A DNA stretch of 64,000 nt from Ylistrum balloti. Taxonomy: Eukaryota. How positions within the stretch are numbered: the stretch's first letter is position 1; the number at the start of each line of letters is the position of its first letter. A model generated the notes under the pieces. The model had not been told where the DNA came from. It searched no databases and saw only the letters and a program-made list of their open reading frames with translations. Position numbers and translations under genes: made by a program. Location of the stretch: NCBI RefSeq assembly GCF_031769215.1, contig NW_026781915.1:1984001-2048000 (forward strand), written 5' to 3'. Shown in pieces: positions 49,347 through 58,769 of the stretch.

Positions 49347-49430
49347 CATGTATTCAGTGTGACGCCATTGGCAAGACTAGGTGATGACGTCACCTCAAGG
49401 GAGGCAACACCATTGTAATGTCATTGCGGT
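49347..49430 (-). promoter_or_regulatory. Probable first (non-coding) exon and promoter of the zinc-finger gene, with a CRE and a YY1-like motif
   Basis: Donor ATG|gtaagt at 49345-49346. cgccattg at 49363-49370. TGACGTCA palindrome at 49385-49392. CpG-enriched island at about 49100-49430. Confidence 0.5.
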
Positions 49431-50289
49431 CCTGTAAACTAAACTATTGCTTCCATAGTTTAATTCATGATGAAGAAAAATGTTACAAATTATTTATTTC
49501 ATATGGTAGAAATACAACATTTTACAATTACTTATAAAAAAACTTATAATTGAAAACGACTTTGATTAATCAGAGCAGAACTGAAACTGCATTTGATTAA
49601 TCAGAGCATAATCAAAATACCATTATTTGTGGAGCTCTGTTATCCCTAGGATCTAATGAAAATACTGATGGGTTGGATATCATACAATGCATTTTATTGT
49701 GGAAATAGTGTTGTCTTTTCTTTTTTAATCATCAATATTTGAACAAAACTACCCCCCCCCCCCGAAAAAAAACACAACAAAAAAAATCCAATCAAACAAA
49801 TCTTGCGCAAAAATGTCATTTAACCCGAGCTGGAGGTCAGAGCAATCAAATACATAACCATTGGAAGATTAAAAATGTCAAGTTACATCATATGTGTATT
49901 TTAAACAGATCAAAAACAGACATCAGACAATGGGCCATAATATCAGCTCTGCTGGTTGTCAATCAGATGAGCTGACATGGATAAAGAGGCCAGAAGATGC
50001 ACATGTAGGCATACATGTGTGAAAATATAGCATGCAACACAACAGACGATAAATCATAAAAAAGAGCCCATCGTACGCCTTTCAATATCATCAACGTCCT
50101 AGTTTGCACCAGGAGAAACATTTGAAAGAATACAAGAAGTTAGAAAATATTAACTTAATAAAACCCCTATAATACCTCGACATTTTACCAATTTTACAAT
50201 ATAAAATAACTCTCACTTAACTGAAACAAAAGTTGATTTGAGCCTCATTTTTGCTTGATTGTAACCTAGACTTTGATTACGAAGTTACC

Positions 50290-51960
50290 CAGGATGGAAT
50301 CCAGTATCTAACAACGACTATTAAGAGGCATCATGGATGACTATAGCAACAACATCCCATGTATAAGCCAGATGGGTGTTAAAGGCGCTAGAAAAAAATG
50401 TGTGATGGGATCGACTGAAGTTCAAATCACATAAGTCCAGAAGCCTGGTTTCGAAAAAAAAAGTCGAATTTGTCAGGTGACGCTAAAAGTGCAAAATGAG
50501 ATGGTACCAACATTGGTCGATAACCTAATCAAGAACTTAGGGAAGTGGTTTGATAAATTCCTCTCCGACAACATCTCTGTCAATAACACACTGTCTTAAG
50601 CCAAAACACGAATGGGGGGAGTGGATGGAAGCAGTCTACCAGGGAGGTACATGGCCTGGATTTACCAACACGGAATCCTGTCTGGACAATGTGGCTGTTG
50701 TTGATGTAAGAAATTCCACTAACAAGTGTCGGGGTATTGGAGAAATCAATGACCAGCTGTTTGAGAAGATGACGAAGAGTCCTACCAGGATTTCCTTCAG
50801 TTGGACAGTATGGAAAGTCATCCCAACTACCAACTACCAATTCCACCAGTGAAGAGTTCAAAGTGACCAAGTACCGGCTTTTCATGACGCTAAGGGACTT
50901 GTTAGATTCTAGAGTCAGTAGAGCAGGCATCCAGACAAGATCATGATGGAAATGACCAGCATCAACATCAGTAGACCAAGCTCTGTAAATACGGGATGTG
51001 GCTGGGAACACCTGTACGGAAGACAGGGGTTGGGCATAGTTCACTGTCAGCAGTTGAAGAATACAACAACAGAGTGACGAGGGATGGTTCAGAATGAAGC
51101 AAGGCAGGTAGAAGAAGATCATCGAAGAGCGAAGGCAGTTGAAATGAGGAAGCAAGGAGCGTGGGTTAAGTGGAAACTACAGAGCGGAAACTGTGGTAGT
51201 CAGAGCTATGGAGAAAGGACCAATATAGGATCGTCATTCTGTTGAGAGCAGTCCACGACACTCTGCCGTCTCCTGCTAATCACATGGACGACAGTTGTCA
51301 GCTGTGAGGAAAACGAGGGACACTGTCGCGCATACTGTCAGGATGCCAGGTGTCATTGACACAGGGGGTATAGGTGGCGGCACAAAAATTCCTGCTTGAG
51401 TTGGGAAACATTCTGGTGATAGAGAGGAGAAAGATGCGGCCTAAGGCAAAACAGGAAGAGAAACGTTCTTCGTGACGCAAGATGAATCAGCCGAGGGAAA
51501 AGAGTTGGCCAGAACAACGCTGATGGACAGAGCAAGGGACTGGGAGCTGCAAGGTCCTCAAATCAACACAGTCAAAACCTCCCATTGTAGTGGAGCTTAC
51601 AGTGGGAAAAGGGATGGGGTGTAATGATGTTTCCAGTGCAGTCAGTGAGTAGCTTTTCAATTTGCAACAACTGGGAATGTTGGGACAGCCTTGCGGAATC
51701 TGGGCTTAGAAGCAGAGAGAACATTATGCTTGATATGGTACCGTCGGAATGACATATGCTGGAAGCCGGGATCCATCGAGTTATGGTTTGCCACCACTAT
51801 TGACCCACCAACTGGAGGATGTCGGGGTTCAGGGTTTAAACATCCCAGGAGAGTTGGCAACCACCGGATGATGCAGGAAACCGGCAGTCGATCACCGAGG
51901 GGCAAAGGTAATCAAGCATATGTAGAGGATGCCAAGAATACAAGCAAAATAAGATCGTCT
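50290..51960 (+). mobile_element. Decayed non-LTR retrotransposon with restriction-like endonuclease (Hero/NeSL/R2 superclade), 3' half
   Basis: Broken frames give RT MDD (50333), LKFKSHKSRSL, IKNLGKWFD, WIYQHGIL, GRQGLG, RAVHDTLPSPAN, a damaged CCHC knuckle CQL*GKRGTLSRILSGC (51296-51346), QG.YRWRH, the endonuclease-side IVVELTV, and the end IWYRRND. Many stops and frameshifts. Confidence 0.7.
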
Positions 51961-53460
51961 GTAAGTTAACAAGGTTTTATGATATTGTATTCTGAACAGC
52001 TTTCAAAACACAGGATTGCTCTGAGAAACAAACGACGTCTACAACCTTGACCTATGACCTGATTGGTTTTATTAGTACAAAGGAATTGCCACCTACACTA
52101 ATAACCCACTAAAGTGAAATTTCATCTTCAAAATGTTCCATGATAATCATATTGATTAAATGTTCTGACATATAATGGAAACTCTTCATACATAGAGTGC
52201 ATATTGCATGGGAAGACTGATCATAAAATAGATCCTCTGTGGATAATAGTGGGATGTTTCGCCACGTATCATCATCAACACCGACGCTTTGACCCGTCAG
52301 CTTGTGGGCTTTTTTTCTTTCTGATAATTCTTAAAACACCCAGCACACCAATCTCTTGATCATCAGTAAAGTCATATATTTCTAGCAGATTACTTGGTTA
52401 AATGTCTCTCCTGTAAACAACTTTGCAACCTGTACCTACACATCTACCTCTCTTTGTGAGAACGGTACTGTATTAGGTGTCTAAAGTCACCGCCAAGTAG
52501 AAAATGTAGATAGTAATGTAAAAACAAGAAACAAAGCAATTGATGACATAGGGATATATGGGGTTTATAACATATTGTTGGAAGATTTGTATAGTAGATA
52601 TCGGTCATATGATGTCTTCTCTCCACTTCGTGCCCGAAAAGAAAACTCAAACCCGCAAATACTCATTTGCCGTACTAGCCCGTCACGAATTAGTGCAGTA
52701 GGCGTTTAATAATACATGGTGTAGAAAATACATTGTACGTACGAATCTCACTCCGACAGACGTGACGCAAACGTCCCTAACGCACACACTCCTCACCCAC
52801 GAGAGCGTCCTAGACACTCCATACTCACCTCCCATCACAGAATGTATCGCGCGCCCAGGAAAAACCGGAGATAATCCCCGGAAACCTGTGTCCAACGGGG
52901 CTGGAATCGATTACCTCCAATTGCAATACGTTCTCCGGGCCGACACAAGGACCGGTGTCGAAGAAAAAAAAAAAAAAAAAACAATCGTTCTACCGGAGCG
53001 CCACTAACACAATATCAGCCAATCACACTCCCACTAAGCATACCCAGACTTCCAGATTTCCTCGCCAGGAATGCAAGCATAAAATAGCAAGACTAGAAAA
53101 CGGAGCAAACCAACTACATATAATAATACTGATAGGCACACTAACTAACTAAATTAACTGGACTGCACTGCTAGACGGAGAGCTAGAGAATGACTATTCA
53201 CCCGCGCACCCACCCTTACCTGGGCATACGCACGTGCTCTACGTGCCTGAGAAGACGAACTATTCCCGCTATACTACCGAAACGCGGGAATATTTAAGTC
53301 TTCTCTCCACTTCGTGCCCGAAAAGAAAACTCAAACCCGCAAATACTCATTTGCCGTACTAGCCCGTCACGAATTAGAGAATTAACAAAGAAAGGGCAAG
53401 GGGGTTGTGGTTGGGGAATACCTAACCGCCTTTGAATAATTGATCAAATAACCATATTAA

Positions 53461-54534
53461 TTACAAACCTAACTTCTGTGTTACCAGTAAACGAGACTCC
53501 AAAGAGTCAGCGACATAACCATCCTTGCTAGATTCGCCTTTCCAGCGGCCATGCCTCCTGAAACATCGATCGTTCACTCCGTTGTTGGCGGCCACTGTGG
53601 CGCCCCCTGCTCTGAGCGAGTGTAAACCAAAATTTGTATCATTGGAAACTAGTTTCAACCTTTTCATGACAGCTTGCCTAGCCCCTGTGTAACTAAGTGG
53701 CTTATTTTTGTTAATAAGCTTACAACCCTGACCGGAACGATAAACTTGCTTAAACAAAAAATGATCCGAACTTAAGTCAATTTTTGATAACTCAACATAC
53801 CTTGATAACATGGTGTACGGACAAGCTACAGTCGAACCTTTACTGATGACCACTTGACTACCAAAGCGATATTTGTCTGTTTTACTTTTCCTGATATTGA
53901 GCGTTAAATGCCCCTCGAAAAACTGAACATCAGAGCAACGCAAACTACTGAGCTCGTTAAAACGTAAAAAACCGGAAAACCCTAACAAAATCATGGCAAG
54001 ATCTCTCACTACCAACAAGTCATTCTCATTCAAAAACATTCCACACAAATTGATCAAAATGTCAGTCGTGACCGGTTCCTTTTTGCAAACAGGATTTTTA
54101 GCCTCTCGTTTGGAAAATTCAATTAAGTTCTGTACGAATGAGTTTGTTGTAGGGTCGATGTGTCCGTTAAGATTGTGCACCCATTTGATAGCATATACTG
54201 CAGACGACACCACTGCGTAAGTCCCTCCCTTTTCCAATAAAGAATTTAAATATAATGCCACGTGTATGGGATTTGCCGGGATAGACGAAAAACCATGTCC
54301 GGAAATGAAATGTTCCCATTTCGCGAAAGCTCCATAGTACTTGGTGCCTGTGTTGACACTCCTGCTTAGTAAAAGTCTGCCAGCCATACCCTCGGTCAGA
54401 GCGTGCAGATCGGAACCCTCCGTTACCCCAGAAGCTTTGACGGCATCGCTGATCGACTTCCTCAGTCCTATGCCTGTAACAATAAACACAGTAAAACAAT
54501 GCTCAGTATGGTATGAACATGTGTAAGTTTTCAA
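53461..54534 (-). CDS. Tyrosine recombinase of the element (no ATG until 54387; probably spliced onto Gag)
   Basis: Catalytic set: R (GFLRFNE), K (KSKTD), HxxR (HSLRAGG), HGRW, Y (DGYV). N-terminal core-binding region present. The ORF-track start is TTG overlapping the RT stop. Confidence 0.92.
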   Translation of the reverse strand: MKTYTCSYHTEHCFTVFIVTGIGLRKSISDAVKASGVTEGSDLHALTEGMAGRLLLSRSVNTGTKYYGAFAKWEHFISGHGFSSIPANPIHVALYLNSLLEKGGTYAVVSSAVYAIKWVHNLNGHIDPTTNSFVQNLIEFSKREAKNPVCKKEPVTTDILINLCGMFLNENDLLVVRDLAMILLGFSGFLRFNELSSLRCSDVQFFEGHLTLNIRKSKTDKYRFGSQVVISKGSTVACPYTMLSRYVELSKIDLSSDHFLFKQVYRSGQGCKLINKNKPLSYTGARQAVMKRLKLVSNDTNFGLHSLRAGGATVAANNGVNDRCFRRHGRWKGESSKDGYVADSLESRLLVTQKLGL

Positions 54535-57500
54535 TGTCTAAAGTCTAACCGGAGGGCCAACATGTCGAAACCCAAAACACTGGCTCCGAAACATCCATTG
54601 TTCCCCCTCCCCCTCAGTGTGACTTTTCTACTGGGCAGTATACGATAATCTACTATGAAAGAATCGAAAGCCCCATCCTTAGGACACAATAAGTGCCAGT
54701 ATGCCGCGCTCCTCCAATGGGGGACAATTATGGTCCCATAAGCTCCTTCGTCCCTCATTTTGCTAACCACACCGCAAACGAGTCTAGGGGGAGGTACTAA
54801 CCAGTTGTTGACTCCCTGCCATCTTACCGTGAAAGCATCGACTGCCTCTGTACCCGGGCACCACCACTTGGAATTAAAACGCACACATTTGCTGTTATAA
54901 TCTGTCGCGAACCGGTCGATTTGATGTGGACCCCATAATAACTGACACTCCTCAAAAACCCATGACTGCACCGACCAATCGTCACAGTCTTTACATCTAC
55001 TCAAGTAATCGGCGGTACTGTTACTAATCCTTGGTAGCCACTGTGTACTAACGCCCGTGTTATTATAATCCAACACCTCGTTAATCTCACGTGCGACCCT
55101 CTGTAGGTCTGGCTTCCTGCTACCAGTTTTCACTATGGAACAAACGTTTCTGTTATCTGTTAACAGTTTTACCTGCTTACCTTTGACCATATCGACCTTA
55201 GCCAACAACACCCTTTTGACTGCTTCTAACTCTCTCCAAGTTGAGCTATACCTTTTCTCCCGTTCATCCCATGTTCCCAACGCGACATGTTTATCCATGT
55301 GGTAAAGATCCCTTACTGTAGGAAGAGAGCGATCCAAAACGCTTACCTCGCTGCCCTGCAGACCAATCACGTCACTCACTGGGCCACCTACTAGTCCTCC
55401 CGTGGGACTAATACTGCTACCGTAGCAAAACCCGGGTCTCGGAGACCCCCTAACACCCTGGGTGCTGTTGCATTGACCAAGAAACTCGAACGTTTGACCC
55501 CATTTTGTTCCATCATGATCATGGCCTAAATATATCCGGGGTCGGACCTCACAAGCCCCCTGGGGGTGTTGAAAAACATCTGTACCATGTACCGTTACAA
55601 AGTCCCCCTGGGGGATTACACCTTGGTAACATTTGCTTGCACCTGTCTCGATACTGTTTGTATCGTGTATGTATGTGCACCCGTTGACACCTTGCGTCAC
55701 TCCAACATGCTCACACCTGCCTGATGTGTCCACATATTGAACATAACCCCCGTATCCCTCACCGGATGCATCAGTACGAAGTATGGCGTCACAGACTAGG
55801 TGTTGCTTTAACTGTGAACCCTTATCGTTCAGTGCCTTTACGTTAGACAACCAAAATTGGATCTCGTCTAGAGCTCCCGACGTGAGCAAAACACGCGCAT
55901 TCCAACTGGCTCTAGCCAATACACACCTGTACAACTCCCGTGTACGTAGTCTAGCCACGTGACCGACAACACCTTGCATTGATATGACCTGACCTACTAT
56001 GCCCGCTATGTACCTGGCCGAGAGCAAAGGCAGGTCTTTCTGTTTGACATGTGTCATCGTATTGGTCAGCCAATACAAAAGCCGCTCGACACGACCCGAC
56101 GTGACCCTGACCACGCCTTCTCCCATCGACCACGTGTAACCTAACCACGTGACATGCTGGGAAGCTACCCAATTGGACTTCTCCTCGGCTATGAGAAAAC
56201 CGTAATCGATCAATGCCTGTCTGACATACCTACTGGACTCGTTAGCCCCGCCCTCTGTCTCGTGACCTCCAATACCGTCGTCCAAATACATGACCAATTT
56301 GTGACCTAATAAACGGATAGATTTGACCACCTCCCTTAGAACCTTGGTAAACACGTAACCAGCAGTAGAGATACCAAACGGTAACACATTGAAAACAAAC
56401 TGGCGTGTTTTGCCTTCCACTTCAAACTCAAAACCGAGAAATTGCCTGTGCTCTTCAAAAATTTCGATATGGTGGTAAGCAGACTTCAAATCAAAAGTGA
56501 ACAAAAAATCTCCTGGCTGGAAAACATCCCGTGCTACCCTTGCATCGTCGTATTTAAACTTGAATTTATGCAAAAAAGGGTTTATGTGCCTGCAATCCAA
56601 AACTAGGCGGGGCTTACCTGATTGATTGAAAGCTACAGTGAGCGGATTTATGACCGCGGGCTCTGACGAAACTTCCGACACACAACCTAACCGTAAAAGC
56701 TTAGTTATCTCCCCCACGACAAAATCGGGGTTATCTTTTGCGGTTTTGTTATTTGACAAAGACACCCTTGGTGGAATTTCGTGAAAAGGAATTTTATAAC
56801 CTCTCTCGATGATAGATTGTACTACTTCAATGGTACCTTGGTCTGCCCAATACTGGCTCTTACCCTTCAAGCGCCCCACTGGCGAAGTATCACATGTGAC
56901 ACGTGGAGCGTCCTGTGTCGCCCCTACCTTACCTGCGTCCTGCTTCGCCGATACTTTTTCATGCATATCAAATAAAGAACCACTTATCTTATATCCGGAT
57001 ACAGCCGAGGCGACTCCTTTGATTTCCGGACACTCTTGTCGCCAATGTCCGGCCTTTCCACACCCAAAGCATGTACCGGGCTTGGTCCCGCCCCGTGGGA
57101 AAGGACCTGTTCTGTCGGTCGTAGTAGCGGCGTTTGTCTGGCTCCTGGACACAAAAGTCTCTCTTTGATAAGGGTTGAAACGCTGTCTTCCCCTGCTGGA
57201 CTTTAACTTTTCCGCCTTTGCCTTTTTAACTGCCTTGGAGCTGGCCCTGTCGATTTTCCTTTCATCGTCGGAGTCCGACGCTATAGGATTTGCTACATAC
57301 TCATCGACGGTTTTCCAGCCTGCTTCAGAACTGTCCGCCAACTTAATTAGCTTGTTGCGATAGTCTATAAGCGACATACCCTCCTGTATCTTAAGCCTGG
57401 CGGTGTCCATGTCCGTACTGACGGCCTGCGCGTCGTCCAATAATTTCCCGCGCACTTTGGTATTGAACTTGTACTGTTCCTCGCAACTTCTCTTTTTGAA

Positions 57501-57695
57501 TTTGTAGGTATCCGTACACTGAATTGTTTCTTGTATCTTGTTTAAAGATGCCTCAGAATTTTCACACATTTTTCTCTCAAACGAGCTCAACTTTTGTGAA
57601 ATTAATGTATCCAAATGCCCGAGTATTTCGTTTTGTGACTTTCCAACCGCAGCCTGTATCTGGTCCGACAGTGTGCATAATGAATCGTTCTGCAT
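54531..57695 (-). CDS. Gag(CCHC)-RT-RNaseH-methyltransferase-like polyprotein of the element (1054 aa)
   Basis: Zinc knuckle CFGCGKAGHWRQEC. RT motifs DLKSAYHHI, FNVLPFG, YLDDG. RNaseH motifs TDAS, RELEAV, TDN, ADYLSR. C-terminal IDRFA...NWLVPPP...VPHW, typical of the DIRS MT-like domain. Confidence 0.93.
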   Translation of the reverse strand: MQNDSLCTLSDQIQAAVGKSQNEILGHLDTLISQKLSSFERKMCENSEASLNKIQETIQCTDTYKFKKRSCEEQYKFNTKVRGKLLDDAQAVSTDMDTARLKIQEGMSLIDYRNKLIKLADSSEAGWKTVDEYVANPIASDSDDERKIDRASSKAVKKAKAEKLKSSRGRQRFNPYQRETFVSRSQTNAATTTDRTGPFPRGGTKPGTCFGCGKAGHWRQECPEIKGVASAVSGYKISGSLFDMHEKVSAKQDAGKVGATQDAPRVTCDTSPVGRLKGKSQYWADQGTIEVVQSIIERGYKIPFHEIPPRVSLSNNKTAKDNPDFVVGEITKLLRLGCVSEVSSEPAVINPLTVAFNQSGKPRLVLDCRHINPFLHKFKFKYDDARVARDVFQPGDFLFTFDLKSAYHHIEIFEEHRQFLGFEFEVEGKTRQFVFNVLPFGISTAGYVFTKVLREVVKSIRLLGHKLVMYLDDGIGGHETEGGANESSRYVRQALIDYGFLIAEEKSNWVASQHVTWLGYTWSMGEGVVRVTSGRVERLLYWLTNTMTHVKQKDLPLLSARYIAGIVGQVISMQGVVGHVARLRTRELYRCVLARASWNARVLLTSGALDEIQFWLSNVKALNDKGSQLKQHLVCDAILRTDASGEGYGGYVQYVDTSGRCEHVGVTQGVNGCTYIHDTNSIETGASKCYQGVIPQGDFVTVHGTDVFQHPQGACEVRPRIYLGHDHDGTKWGQTFEFLGQCNSTQGVRGSPRPGFCYGSSISPTGGLVGGPVSDVIGLQGSEVSVLDRSLPTVRDLYHMDKHVALGTWDEREKRYSSTWRELEAVKRVLLAKVDMVKGKQVKLLTDNRNVCSIVKTGSRKPDLQRVAREINEVLDYNNTGVSTQWLPRISNSTADYLSRCKDCDDWSVQSWVFEECQLLWGPHQIDRFATDYNSKCVRFNSKWWCPGTEAVDAFTVRWQGVNNWLVPPPRLVCGVVSKMRDEGAYGTIIVPHWRSAAYWHLLCPKDGAFDSFIVDYRILPSRKVTLRGRGNNGCFGASVLGFDMLALRLDFRH

Positions 57696-58769
57696 GGTAG
57701 AAACTATGATACTATATATATGATAGAGACATTAACTGGACTGCACTGCTAGACGGAGAGCTAGAGAATGACTATTCACCCGCGCACCCACCCTTACCTG
57801 GGCATACGCACGTGCTCTACGTGCCTGAGAAGACGAACTATTCCCGCTATACTACCGAAACGCGGGAATATTTAAATATTGTTTTAAGTCCTAACTATAA
57901 TTCATTGAAGGACATGTCGGCATTAATTGTATGCGTGCTCGGGGTTGCTATATATTAGGAAAGGCATATGTGTGCATGTTGGTTTGGAGTGTAACAGGAT
58001 GGTCTCCTATGTCCACCAGCTGTATCCATAAAGCCAAAATTCAACACTTTGCACAGATAGTAAAGAAGTGATATCGGAATACTTACTGTATTAGAATTTT
58101 GGCATTTAGGTTATGGTTTGAACATTCGTATTTCGTTAAAATAATTATATTTCTTTATCTGTTTTGTGACAATAGATTTTCGTTAAAATATGTTATATGT
58201 TTGATATTTCTCTTCTTTCCTCTTTTTTGCTTATAAGTATTTGAAACTGAATACGTCTCAAGGAATAATCGTAATGATCTTTATCTATCAAATCAACGAG
58301 GTCTGTTTTCAGTAATTTTGTTTGTACCTTTCAGGAAATAGCGATAACAAACTTCTAAATCCAAGTTTTTGTCTCTCTATTATTTTGTTTCTATGATCAG
58401 TAAGAGCACAACTAGAGACCAAGAAGTACCTATTTATATACTGCGATAGCAAACTTTTATACTCAAAATCTAAGATGGCCGCCAGTGAACCATTTTATTT
58501 TTATGATCGTTATTACGCGTCACTGGGACAAAACATAATGCTGCGGACAGTATTCATTATCATTATCTAAGCAACATATCTTATTTGTGAATATTCAAAT
58601 TTGTGTCATTTTTTTTTACAAATATATCTTACAATAAATTTTCGATAAGATTTAGTACACTTCTTTCCTCAGAAATAACGAGGTCTTCTTCTATTGTACT
58701 CGTATTGATCCAATACATTCTACAGTAAAGTATTAGAAGTTCTCTCCCTTCAAATAGCTGAAAAATTGT

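Larger units (their letters stand above)
52614..57875 (-). mobile_element. Full-length tyrosine-recombinase retrotransposon (DIRS order, PAT/Ngaro-type split direct repeats A1-ORFs-B1-A2-spacer-B2)
   Basis: A1 57731-57875 equals A2 53153-53297 (145 bp, identical by eye). B1 53298-53377 equals B2 52614-52693 (80 bp, identical). B1 and A2 directly abut. Two intact ORFs. No target-site duplication visible. Confidence 0.95.

Noticed and set aside
54531-54534. TTG as the real start of the recombinase (as in the ORF track)
   Set aside because: Near-cognate starts are rare in animals, and the first 20 codons coincide with a polypyrimidine tract and acceptor. Splicing or the ATG at 54387 is more plausible.
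55310-55350. Donors GAG|gtaagc and ACA|gtaagg inside the RNase H insertion splicing to the YR acceptor
   Set aside because: Both are phase 0 and would read GCA TAG (an immediate stop) at the acceptor, so they cannot make an RT-YR fusion.
52600-57890. Target-site duplication around the YR element, and likewise around the CR1 copy
   Set aside because: The flanks (catatgat| and |atattg) share no convincing direct repeat. Absence is expected for YR integration. None could be fixed for the CR1 copy either.
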